A DNA stretch of 32,000 nt. Source: Paramicrosporidium saccamoebae KSL3. Its lineage: Eukaryota; Fungi; Cryptomycota. A program made the translations under genes and the position numbers. This document shows positions 20,109 through 29,386 of the stretch, piece by piece. The notes under the pieces were generated by a model. It was not told where the DNA came from. It was given only the letters and a program-made list of their open reading frames with translations, and made no database searches. Positions within the stretch are counted from its first letter, which is position 1, and each line of letters opens with the position of its first letter. The stretch is taken from assembly GCA_002794465.1 (NCBI GenBank), contig MTSL01000184.1, positions 16,704 through 48,703 on the forward strand, written 5' to 3'.

Positions 20109-21911
20109 CTATGAAAAATATTCAATCCCAAGATCAGAGACGTATTGCTTCAGCATTGCCATAAACTTATTCTTCCGAGCCGCTCTTACCGCCGCTTCCT
20201 GAAAGTTGGTCTTGTACTCCACGGCTAGGGCAACCACAATCTTTTCCTCCACAACTTCAAACTTGGAGATTTCCACCTTGCCTGTATAGTCTTTGGGCTC
20301 GGATTGCGCAAATTCGGCAAGTCGATCTCGTAGGGTCCAGACATTGTCAATAGAAGTTGTATCAGCCAGGGAAATTTCAATCGTGTCTGACTGAGTGGCA
20401 CTGCGCCGGATGTTGTAAATATTCTTTCCAGAAAGCGCACTGTTGGGAATGTAGACGGCGGTGCCGTCCCAGCGGCGGAAGATGGTGGTAAAGATTTCCA
20501 CCGTCTCCACTGTCAAAAATTCGTCGTCTACAACGACACGGTCGCCCACATCGTAGGCATGCTCGACAAAGACAAAAATCATGGATTCAAAGCAGCTCTT
20601 TGCGGTGCTCTGGAACAGGAACCCAAAGGCCGTCCAGAGCAGTCCATAGATGGCAAAGATGGCAGCTCCACTAATGTTGAAGATGGGCACTGAAAAGGTG
20701 ATTGTGAAAAAGACGGCCACCGCCAACATGATTCCTCCAAGCTTCCTTATAATGTTATTGTTGTTGAGTATGCCCTTGGCCACTGCCTTGCGCTGCTGGT
20801 AGACGTCGAGCACTGCGTCTTTAATCTCTGTGCGGTCAAGATCTCCATGGCCCGCCTTGTCAAACACTCGGAAAGATTCTTCCAAATCTGTCGTCTCAAA
20901 ATAATTGGCAAAATCATCAATGGTCAGATAATCCCGGTTTGTGGGCACCAACTTTTCGTACAGATTGGCAGCCAGGTCTGAGGCGCGCTTCTCGCTGACC
21001 AGTTCACTGAGACGGTCTCGAATGAGATATACCTCGGTTCCCCGCTCAATCTTAATCTTTTTTCCAGGATGGCGAACTGCAGCATGCAGCTTGGTAATGA
21101 CCTGGAAGCGTACATTTAATGCATTAATGCGATCTTCATAAGCCATCCGGTGGAAATTAACCTTGACTAGTTCCACCAGGTAGTTGGCCAATGCATAAAA
21201 GACAGAAAAGATGGCCATCACTAACACGAGACACTCGGCATAGAACCATTCGTTCTGCACTGGTTTAATATCAGCCACAGCCTCGGCAGCGGGCTTCACA
21301 GGCGCCTTACCCAACAGACTACCACCGACAGCATTGATGAAATTGGTGCGATAGAGAAGAGAAGCTCCAGCAACCCCAAGGACAATTAGCCAGATCGCAA
21401 AGGCAAAATAACTCCGGGCCGAGACAAGATGCGCAATGGTGCGTTGTGTAGAGACTGACGGCGTATGGTGTAGCCATTTCATCAACTGCAACATTCTCGC
21501 TGGGAGGGACGAAACTAGCCATTCCACCAACAGAAAGGACATGTATGCAACATAGACAAAAAGACTGATTCGGATAAATTCCATCTGCTCATTGCCCAAT
21601 GGAGAGCCAATTTTGACTTCTGAAAACGTATATTCGGGAAAGCGACCGCACAGCCATATGGCAAATGCCGGTACGAGCATGAGAAATGCCATCACAAACC
21701 CCCAAACGGTCACAGAGACAATGGAGGGCGCATCCTTTGGCGCATTCATCGCCTGCTCAACTTCCATTGTCGAAGATTCATCTGGGCCCTGCATCTCACC
21801 CTCGATCGCACCCTCTGGGAGGGTTTCCTTGGCCTGTACTTGCGGCGTCGTGGCTATCGACGTTGGGGCACGCGTGCCACCTAGTTCGACATCTTGCAGT
21901 CCGTCTGACAT
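20109..21911 (-). CDS. Eukaryotic-type MscS-family mechanosensitive ion channel (Msy1/2-like, EF-hand-like segment), 600 aa
   Basis: Multiple N-terminal TM segments, NFHRMAYEDRI, FDKAGHGDL, FVFVEHAYDVGDRV, IFTTIFRRWDG, IYNIRRS. Confidence 0.9.
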   Translation of the reverse strand: MSDGLQDVELGGTRAPTSIATTPQVQAKETLPEGAIEGEMQGPDESSTMEVEQAMNAPKDAPSIVSVTVWGFVMAFLMLVPAFAIWLCGRFPEYTFSEVKIGSPLGNEQMEFIRISLFVYVAYMSFLLVEWLVSSLPARMLQLMKWLHHTPSVSTQRTIAHLVSARSYFAFAIWLIVLGVAGASLLYRTNFINAVGGSLLGKAPVKPAAEAVADIKPVQNEWFYAECLVLVMAIFSVFYALANYLVELVKVNFHRMAYEDRINALNVRFQVITKLHAAVRHPGKKIKIERGTEVYLIRDRLSELVSEKRASDLAANLYEKLVPTNRDYLTIDDFANYFETTDLEESFRVFDKAGHGDLDRTEIKDAVLDVYQQRKAVAKGILNNNNIIRKLGGIMLAVAVFFTITFSVPIFNISGAAIFAIYGLLWTAFGFLFQSTAKSCFESMIFVFVEHAYDVGDRVVVDDEFLTVETVEIFTTIFRRWDGTAVYIPNSALSGKNIYNIRRSATQSDTIEISLADTTSIDNVWTLRDRLAEFAQSEPKDYTGKVEISKFEVVEEKIVVALAVEYKTNFQEAAVRAARKNKFMAMLKQYVSDLGIEYFS

Positions 21912-21987
21912 GACGCAATCACGATCCTCCGATGACTTTCACCACCCGATAGGTCGATCCGAAACCTGCCTCAAAAGCGGCTCTCCC

Positions 21988-22068
21988 ATTGGTCGGGCCG
22001 TGAACCAATAGCAAAATGGCAATTTGTCCAATTTTAAAGTCGAATTTTAATCGGAATTCGCGCGCGTT
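21988..22068. promoter_or_regulatory. Bidirectional MscS/MCM6 promoter: two opposed CCAAT boxes plus a CG-rich G1/S-type element
   Basis: ATTGG at 21988-21992, CCAAT at 22005-22009, and AATTCGCGCGCGTT at 22055-22068 just before ATG 22073. Confidence 0.55.
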
Positions 22069-22072
22069 CGTC

Positions 22073-24589
22073 ATGATGATGGCTGATAGTCAAAACACGA
22101 TGGTGGGACCTGGTCTGCACCGCCCCTCAGCCATCCTGGGCGGCGTAGAACGTGCAGTTGATGAAACGGGCGAAAAGCTGCGGGAAGAGTTTCTGTCGTT
22201 CTTGGAGAATTACCGGGACAATGGTCTGCGACGGCCAACGTCAGATACGCTGACCTCTGAGCCGCCGTCCATGACCTCGGACCTGCCCTTCTATAAACAG
22301 CAATTATGGGAAATGCGGAATGAGGGGACGCTGACACTGTATGTGGATTATAACCACCTGTTTCGATACAATGACGTCCTGGCAAATGCGATCACGGCCA
22401 ACTTTTACCGCTTTGAACCCTTTTTGAGAACGGCCCTGCACTCTTTTGTCACTGCCAATATGCCATCCTATGCGCGCATCTCCAACTCGAACCAGCCCCG
22501 CGAGTTTTGGATTTCCATTTACGGTCTCGGGGTGATTCATCGGCTGCGTGAATTGACCACCCAAAAGGTGGGCCAATTGATGAGCATCAGCGGAACAGTC
22601 ACCCGCACCAGCGAAGTTCGTCCAGAGCTCTATGTGGGTGTCTTCCGCTGTGCCGAGTGCATGTCCATTGTGCGCAATGTGGAGCAACAATTCAAGTACA
22701 CTGAGCCTTCCATCTGTCCCAACAGCTACTGCCAGAACCGACGCAACTGGACCCTCATCCCCGAGCAATCCACCTTTGTCAATTGGCAGCGGGTGCGGAT
22801 TCAGGAGAATGCGACAGAGATACCGCCGGGCAGCATGCCCAGGTGTTTGGATGTAGTCGTCCGAAATGACATGGTGGAGAGGGCAAAGGCAGGGGACAAG
22901 TGCATTTTTGTAGGCACCCTCGTGGTGGTTCCCGATGTGGCACAGCTTGGACTCCCAGGTAGCAAGCTGGAAAGCAATGCCGAGGGACGTTCTCGTGGGG
23001 CTGGAGAGGGAGTCAGTGGATTGCGTCAGCTTGGAGTCCGTGAATTGGCCTACAAGCTATCCTTCCTAGCAAGCATGGTGCAGCCGTCACATGTCAATCA
23101 TGGGGCAGTGAACATTCGAAATGACGACGACATGGACTGTGATACAGCAGAACAACAAGAGGCCATCTTTTCAGCCGCAGAGTTGGAAGAGATTCACCGC
23201 ATGAGAAATACTCCGCAACTCTATTCACGTTTGGTGGGGAGCATGGCTCCTTCCATTTACGGACATTCCGAAGTCAAAACGGGAATCCTGCTCATGCTGT
23301 TTGGAGGGGTGCACAAGGTGACTCCGGAGGGGATTAACTTGCGTGGAGATATTAATGTGTGCATTGTTGGTGATCCCGGAACTGCCAAGAGTCAATTTCT
23401 ACGCTATGTCGTTGGCTTCTTACCCCGCTCTGTGTACACATCGGGCAAAGCATCCAGCGCCGCGGGTTTGACGGCCTCTGTCCTGAAAGACGATGAGACG
23501 GGCGACTTTACCATCGAGGCGGGTGCGCTCATGTTGGCGGACAATGGGATTTGCGCAATTGACGAATTCGACAAGATGGATCTCCGCGACCAAGTAGCCA
23601 TTCACGAGGCCATGGAACAGCAGACCATTTCCATTGCCAAGGCGGGGATCCAGGCTACTCTGAACGCGCGCACATCAATCCTTGCCGCAGCTAATCCTAT
23701 CGGCGGACGTTATGACCGTCGACGGACTCTGCGACAGAATATTGCCATGACAGCCCCCATCATGTCGCGCTTCGACTTGTTCTTTGTCATTTTGGACGAA
23801 TGTGACGAACAGGCCGATTACAGCATTGCCCGTCACATTCTCAATGTGCATCGGTTACAAGATGATGCCCTTGCTCCCGAATTTTCACCAGAACAAATCC
23901 AACGCTACATCAAATATGCCCGAGCCATTAAGCCACGTCTCACAGAGGAAGCATCAGCGGTGCTGGTGGAGAGGTATCGTCAGCTCCGACAAAACGACGT
24001 CAGTGGCGGCGGTGCGTCGTATCGGATGACAGTACGCCAACTCGAGTCAATGATCCGACTCAGTGAAGCCATTGCGCGACTCCACTCGGACTCTGAGGTC
24101 AAGGCCATCTATGTGCGCGAGGCAGCCCGACTCCTCAAATCGAGCATCATCCGCGTGGAAACGGACAACATTGACCTGGATGCGGCTGAGAAGGAGTGGC
24201 AGCAGGCAGCTAATCAAATGGAGGGCAATCCCATCACAGAGACAGCCTCCACCAAACTATCGCTTCGTTACGAGGATTACGTTCGGATCAGCAATCTGCT
24301 CGTGTATCAGCTCCGTCGCATTGAGGCCATAATCGACACCCAAGACGAAGAGTCCACTAACGAGCCTGGCGGAATGAAAAAGAGCAGTTTACTGGAATGG
24401 TACATGGGCCAGATTGAGGACGAAATGCAAACCGAGGAAGATTTCCATCATCGTCGGCGCGAAGTATCTGCCGTTGTGGAGCGTTTGGTGCACAAAGATG
24501 GCGTCCTGATAGAGCTTGGAGTGCGATCTGAAGACGTTGCCGAATTTGATCCGATCCTTGTAGTCCATCCCAACTATGTGCCCTTATAA
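22073..24589 (+). CDS. MCM6: DNA replication licensing helicase subunit Mcm6 (838 aa)
   Basis: ETGEKLREEFLSFL, VTRTSEVRPEL, zinc finger CAEC...CPNSYC, Walker A GDPGTAKSQ, IDEFDKM, arginine finger MSRFDL, MTVRQLESMIRLSEA, winged-helix tail. ATG 22016 is an alternative start. Confidence 0.97.
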   Translation: MMMADSQNTMVGPGLHRPSAILGGVERAVDETGEKLREEFLSFLENYRDNGLRRPTSDTLTSEPPSMTSDLPFYKQQLWEMRNEGTLTLYVDYNHLFRYNDVLANAITANFYRFEPFLRTALHSFVTANMPSYARISNSNQPREFWISIYGLGVIHRLRELTTQKVGQLMSISGTVTRTSEVRPELYVGVFRCAECMSIVRNVEQQFKYTEPSICPNSYCQNRRNWTLIPEQSTFVNWQRVRIQENATEIPPGSMPRCLDVVVRNDMVERAKAGDKCIFVGTLVVVPDVAQLGLPGSKLESNAEGRSRGAGEGVSGLRQLGVRELAYKLSFLASMVQPSHVNHGAVNIRNDDDMDCDTAEQQEAIFSAAELEEIHRMRNTPQLYSRLVGSMAPSIYGHSEVKTGILLMLFGGVHKVTPEGINLRGDINVCIVGDPGTAKSQFLRYVVGFLPRSVYTSGKASSAAGLTASVLKDDETGDFTIEAGALMLADNGICAIDEFDKMDLRDQVAIHEAMEQQTISIAKAGIQATLNARTSILAAANPIGGRYDRRRTLRQNIAMTAPIMSRFDLFFVILDECDEQADYSIARHILNVHRLQDDALAPEFSPEQIQRYIKYARAIKPRLTEEASAVLVERYRQLRQNDVSGGGASYRMTVRQLESMIRLSEAIARLHSDSEVKAIYVREAARLLKSSIIRVETDNIDLDAAEKEWQQAANQMEGNPITETASTKLSLRYEDYVRISNLLVYQLRRIEAIIDTQDEESTNEPGGMKKSSLLEWYMGQIEDEMQTEEDFHHRRREVSAVVERLVHKDGVLIELGVRSEDVAEFDPILVVHPNYVPL

Positions 24590-24615
24590 CGCGCTCAGCG
24601 AACATTGAATTTTGT

Positions 24616-24791
24616 TTGAGAAATTGGATCTTATTATTCGGGGACTTGGATCCTATTATTTGAGAAATGGGATCTTATCATTTGAGAAATGGGACCTTAT
24701 CATTTGAGAAATTGAATCTTATCATTTGAGGAGCTGAATCTTACAAGTTGAGGAACTGAATCTTACAAGTTGAGGAATTGGATCCTATATT
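24616..24791. repeat. Intergenic minisatellite 8 x 22 nt
   Basis: Units at 24616, 24638, 24660, 24682, 24704, 24726, 24748 and 24770. Consensus TTGAGAAATTGRATCTTATCAT; contiguous, no spacers. Confidence 0.92.
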
Positions 24792-24880
24792 TATTATTTA
24801 AAGAATCTCATCTTTTCATCTCACAGTTAACGTTACCAACTCATGTTCCAATTTTAAGATAATTTAATACTTTGTGTTTT

Positions 24881-26422
24881 ATGAGTTGGCGACAATGGGT
24901 GACCAAGCTCTCTTTTGGGAAGCGTCACGTTGACTGTCCAAACTGCTATCCACTCATCCATTTAAATACCACAGGAAGAGGCACTTTCAAGTGTCCATCC
25001 TGTGAGACACGGTTTGAAGAGCGTTTGGTGGACGGACAACTGGAACTGGAGCCGATTATCCCGCCCATGCCAATGGAGGCTACTCCAAGTAGACGCACCT
25101 GCATTCCGCTTGAACAGGGACGATTGTTGCTGGAGGAACCTGCTCTGTGTCGTACCTGTCTGCACCATCAGACCATTCTGCTGCAGCTCCTCTCTGCCTA
25201 CGAGGGCGATGAGAGCAAGGTCGGACAGTATTCAGAAGATTTAGAGCGACGCTATCCCCTATGCGCGACGTGTCGAACAAGAGTACGCGATAGACTGCGA
25301 GTGGTAGAGTACAAGGTGCGCTGCAAGAGATTAGCAACACGGAGCAAAATTGAACGGCTGACGGGCACTCAAAAGGCCCAAGGCGGCAAATGGCGAATCT
25401 TTGCATTCATAGACATTCTGCTTGTTCAGGGCCTGTTGAGCGGCGTCTTCCTCGTGGAATTTTTCGAGATTGATATTCCCATGGAATGGCGTATTACAAG
25501 ACTGATAAGCGAGCATTTTGTGTGGTATTCGCTGGTCATTCCGCCCGCCATTACGTCCATTTTGGGGAAGCCCTACAGCCCCCTAAATTGCGGATGGACG
25601 CTGTTCCTTCTTCTCCTCAGGATGGCCATGATCAACCTGATTGCAGTCGACCAGGTTTACACACGTAAAGTCTTTCCCCCACCATACGCATTCCTATCGG
25701 TTGCATGTTATGGTCTTCTCTGGCTCATCTACGCCAGTGCAAATAAGCCGGTTAAAGAGATCAAGGCTAAGCCAGCCCCATTTTCCGTCGGATCTTTCTC
25801 TGACATTCCCATGCACAATGTAAAGTCTCAAGACGACATGACCAACAAGCTGGCCAACTGGGACACTGTTTTGGACAAGTTGGACCCAAAGACTCCACTG
25901 ACTACTCGTTTTACTGATCTGAATGCTGCCACTCCTCGATCCTCTCCGTTTTCGATCCCCAACTTGTCTCTGACGGCTTCACGGTCACAGCCAAAGACTC
26001 CCTCGCCATTTGAGACAATGCGGCCCAGTTTGATGGATACCACTCGCGCCAGTGGTCTGGAATCAGTTATGGAGGGATTCAGTCTGGACGAAGGCAAACG
26101 TAAAAGGACCGAATCTGAGCCGCCGATATTATCAATGGATCAGATTGTCTTGACTGCAGGGATCTGTCTCGCCAGGATAGCCGTCAACAAGCAGCCTTCT
26201 CTTGTGGCCATTCTCCTGGTGGTCTCCCTGGGTCTCCGTGGGATGGTCTGGAACAAGTTGGGCTATCCCATGAGATTGAGTCTGAACCTTGTTGTCCTTG
26301 CCAGGCTCTTTTGGCTTGTTTTCCTTTTCAATGCTGATCTGCTCCCCAACATGGAGATTTTGCATGAGCGGGTTCATCAGCTCGAATATGCCATAGATTT
26401 TTCCATCCTCCTGTCACGCTGA
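24881..26422 (+). CDS. IMA1: Inner nuclear membrane protein Ima1/TMEM201(Samp1)-like (513 aa)
   Basis: Ima1_N zinc-finger pattern CPNC...CPSC...LCRTCLHHQ..LLQLLSAY...DLERRYPLCATC, followed by TM clusters and a S/P/T-rich nucleoplasmic loop. Confidence 0.78.
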   Translation: MSWRQWVTKLSFGKRHVDCPNCYPLIHLNTTGRGTFKCPSCETRFEERLVDGQLELEPIIPPMPMEATPSRRTCIPLEQGRLLLEEPALCRTCLHHQTILLQLLSAYEGDESKVGQYSEDLERRYPLCATCRTRVRDRLRVVEYKVRCKRLATRSKIERLTGTQKAQGGKWRIFAFIDILLVQGLLSGVFLVEFFEIDIPMEWRITRLISEHFVWYSLVIPPAITSILGKPYSPLNCGWTLFLLLLRMAMINLIAVDQVYTRKVFPPPYAFLSVACYGLLWLIYASANKPVKEIKAKPAPFSVGSFSDIPMHNVKSQDDMTNKLANWDTVLDKLDPKTPLTTRFTDLNAATPRSSPFSIPNLSLTASRSQPKTPSPFETMRPSLMDTTRASGLESVMEGFSLDEGKRKRTESEPPILSMDQIVLTAGICLARIAVNKQPSLVAILLVVSLGLRGMVWNKLGYPMRLSLNLVVLARLFWLVFLFNADLLPNMEILHERVHQLEYAIDFSILLSR

Positions 26423-26551
26423 CATTGGCGTTTACTGAGAGGTCTGTAGTAAAGACTCTTTATTTAAGATTTTATTGTGTGGTGGGAGTATCATTGAGTA
26501 GAGTAGTGGGGGGGAGACGCTAAAACATAGGTAGAGTGCCAATCTTTCCAT

Positions 26552-26586
26552 CCCTCGCCCCTCGCCCTTTGCCTCTTGCCTCTCGC
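26552..26586. repeat. Degenerate 5 x 7-nt microsatellite between IMA1 and SDH2
   Basis: CCCTCGC CCCTCGC CCTTTGC CTCTTGC CTCTCGC. Confidence 0.7.
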
Positions 26587-26717
26587 TTATGACTCTTTCA
26601 TTTTTGATCCACCATGCATCACTTTTAGCTAACCATTCTACTACTACTGACCCACAATCGTCAAGAGTCTCTTTATTCTTGGCTCATCTGTAAAACGGCA
26701 GATTGATACTCGTGGCT

Positions 26718-27533
26718 TTAAGAGGATTCAGACGCCATGGACTTTTTAATCTCTGCAATGGCCTTTGCCGGGTTTAGTCCCTTGGGGCAGGTACGCGTGC
26801 AGTTCATAATTGTGTGACATCGATAGACCGAGAACGGATCTTGTAGTTTAGCCCTTCGCTCTTTACCGTTTTCGTCTCTGCTGTCATTCATCCACCGGTA
26901 CGCCTGCAGCAGCGCTGCTGGTCCTAGATATTTGTCTCCGTTCCACCAGTAGCTTGGACAGCTTGTCGAGCAGCACGCACACAAAATGCATTCGTACAGT
27001 CCGTCCAGTTTTTTCCTGTCGGCGATGGATTGTCGGTTCTCCTGGCCAGCAGGCTGGGATTTCTGTTGTAGCCATGGTTCGATGGCGCGGTACTGGCGGT
27101 AAAAGTTGGTCATGTCTGGAACAAGGTCACGCACTACATGCATATGCGGCAGTGGGTAGATTTTCATCGTTCCGGAAGCGTCGATTCGACAGGTACAGGC
27201 GAGGGTGTTCTGTCCGTTAATGTTCATGGCGCAACTGCCACAGATGCCCTCTCGACAAGAGCGACGGAACGTCAGCGTTGGGTCCTGCTCATTCTTAATC
27301 TTTATCAATGCATCCAAGACCATGGGTCCACACGCATTCAAGTCCACTTCATATGTTTGCTGCCATGGCTTCTTCTCAGGAGTGTCTGGGTTCTACAATT
27401 AGCACCAGCCACTGAGCAGTACCCAGCGGTACACGGAAAATGTCTTGAGACGCGACTGGCGCGGCGCAGGACGCACAGTAGCCGAGTAGCAGCGCGAATG
27501 GAAAAGGTTTGGTCGGAGTAGAGAGACGCGCAT
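26718..27533 (-). CDS. SDH2: Succinate dehydrogenase iron-sulfur subunit, mitochondrial (261 aa, 1 intron)
   Basis: Arg/Ser-rich acid-free presequence [70 protein letters not shown]. 30-nt intron 27422-27393. Confidence 0.97.
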
Positions 27534-27547
27534 TAAAAAGAGAGTGA

Positions 27548-27552
27548 CCAAT
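27548..27552 (+). promoter_or_regulatory. CCAAT box 14 nt upstream of the SDH2 start
   Basis: GACCAATCAG. Respiratory genes are classical HAP2/3/5 targets in fungi. Confidence 0.5.
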
Positions 27553-27599
27553 CAGGAATGATCATCTGCGACATCCGTATATCGCAGAGAGAGGGCCAT

Positions 27600-28421
27600 T
27601 TATTTACAGGCAACGTTGAAAAATGGATGTTGCAGCAACATGTCTACAGTGTAACGCCGGTCTGCATAATAAAAAGACAATAGGCCACGTTTTCCGTAGA
27701 GCATGTCGAACAGGGCTGAAGGAAATGCAAAAGGAGGATCCGATGGAAACTTTATATCCCTGGCATTTCCTTTGGCATCCTCGAGAATTCGATAGGGAAA
27801 ATGTCCATAGTGGAACTCTGCTGGAAGCTTAAAGTAGCGGGCAAAAATGTAAAAGATGGTGACGCCAACAGACCACCAGTCGCTTGCCTCAGTCAAGGGC
27901 ATGCGGACAGAAGGAAGAAGGACTTCGGGTGACATTGTTCTTGGGGTCCCCACGTTAGGTTTTGCACAATGTATGGGACTCGCCAATCCAAGATCAATCA
28001 GCCACACCAGACGTCCCTCGCGAACCACATTTTCCGGCTTGACATCCATATGCAGGAATCCTGCGCAGTGCAGCGCTCCCACCGCCAAGATTAGTTGTCG
28101 ACAAATCTCCACAAGATCCGTATAGGACAGGCCATCCTCCCGCCTATATGAGAGAAGATCACCATCGCACGCCTCCAAATACATAATCTCACGCCGGGCA
28201 GGGAATTGCATTGTTGGCTGCAGAATTTGGGGGCAGTATCGCACGTGAGAGAGGACCCCAATCTCTGTCTCAAAGTCGGAGGGATTATGGAAATGCTTAA
28301 TAACCACTTTGGCCTTTGAGAGTTGCACAAATCGCAAGCTGGACTGACCGCTGTTAATCTTGTTCAGCGTGTCGGCGTGGATCATTAACAAAGTCAGAAA
28401 GACAAGATTTGTGAGGATCAT
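27600..28421 (-). CDS. Divergent Ser/Thr protein kinase with N-terminal signal-peptide-like segment (273 aa)
   Basis: VVIK, alphaC ETE, HMDVKPEN, IDLGLA, GTPRTMSPE, DWWSVG, LLQHPFF. N-terminus MILTNLVFLTLLMIHA/D. Confidence 0.88.
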   Translation of the reverse strand: MILTNLVFLTLLMIHADTLNKINSGQSSLRFVQLSKAKVVIKHFHNPSDFETEIGVLSHVRYCPQILQPTMQFPARREIMYLEACDGDLLSYRREDGLSYTDLVEICRQLILAVGALHCAGFLHMDVKPENVVREGRLVWLIDLGLASPIHCAKPNVGTPRTMSPEVLLPSVRMPLTEASDWWSVGVTIFYIFARYFKLPAEFHYGHFPYRILEDAKGNARDIKFPSDPPFAFPSALFDMLYGKRGLLSFYYADRRYTVDMLLQHPFFNVACK

Positions 28422-28545
28422 GCCGCACTTTCGTGTCTGTCAATTGACCTTTTCAGGACTAGATATCAGATCAGCTAAATAGGGAGATAAAGACAAATTT
28501 ATTTCACATTATGGGGTGTGCGATGTGAGACATGAGATGGTATAT

Positions 28546-28579
28546 CCACGGACCGGGGATTTTAATAAAGGGTCTTTAC
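28546..28579 (+). promoter_or_regulatory. Variant copy of the dispersed 38-nt element upstream of SKP1
   Basis: CCACGGACCGGGGAT(TTTAAT)AAAGGGTCTTTAC, ending 21 nt before ATG 28601. Confidence 0.6.
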
Positions 28580-28600
28580 TACACACATAAATCTACGGCC

Positions 28601-29182
28601 ATGACAGATTCTGCAAAGATCACACTCGTTACAGAAGATGGACAACGCGTCTTATTGGAAAGAAAGAGTGCTCAGCAAATTGGAATTTTGAAAACAATGA
28701 TGAACTCTCCGAACAATATCTTTCCAGTGCCGGCCGTCAAAAGCACCATCCTCACCAAGGTTATCGAATTCTTGGACCAACATGCAGACGACCCCGTTCC
28801 ATTACCCTCCAAGCAACCCATTGCTTCCAGAGACGGCGATGATGATGACGATGAGGGCGACGACGACGCAGACGTCAGCACTCTAACCCTTGACTCGTCC
28901 GTTTCTAGCGACGACGAGTACATCTATGAGGACTACCTCGCCTCTGTAACTCCCTGGGACCAGCGTTTCCTTGACGTCGACCTACCCACATTGATAGAAT
29001 TGACCAAGGCGGCCAACTACCTGAATGTCCCGGTTCTGTTGGACTTGTGTTGTCGGACAATTGCAAGGCAGATGACTGGATTAAAGGCGGAGGAGCTGAG
29101 GAAGAAATTTAATCTGCCAAATGACTTTACGCCCGAAGAAGAGGCCAAGATGGCCGCCGAATTTGCTTGGATTGAAGAATAA
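28601..29182 (+). CDS. SKP1: SCF E3 ligase adaptor Skp1 (193 aa)
   Basis: ITLVTEDG, PVPAVKSTILTKVIEF, WDQRFLDVD, LIELTKAANYLNVPVLLDLCCRTIA, LRKKFNLPNDFTPEEE. Start at ATG 28601. Confidence 0.95.
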   Translation: MTDSAKITLVTEDGQRVLLERKSAQQIGILKTMMNSPNNIFPVPAVKSTILTKVIEFLDQHADDPVPLPSKQPIASRDGDDDDDEGDDDADVSTLTLDSSVSSDDEYIYEDYLASVTPWDQRFLDVDLPTLIELTKAANYLNVPVLLDLCCRTIARQMTGLKAEELRKKFNLPNDFTPEEEAKMAAEFAWIEE

Positions 29183-29386
29183 AGTTGTATTGTAATCATG
29201 TACCGTGACAAGCAAGGAACTTTAAGAGAGTGCTCCCAAGGATTCAGAAAACTAGTGAAAGGATATATCCGTGGACCAAGAATATCAATGAAAGAGTGTA
29301 TCCATGAATCACGAATAAGAGGTTTCTTGATGATTGTGAGAAAGTATATCATACAATGCTGTATCTGTGAACCCCTCCCAATAAAG

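Noticed and set aside
24616-24791. CRISPR array
   Set aside because: Units are contiguous with no unique spacers, there are no cas genes, and the context is eukaryotic.
28830-28935. Acidic insertion in Skp1 as a novelty
   Set aside because: Variable acidic loop insertions at this position are known in fungal Skp1 proteins.
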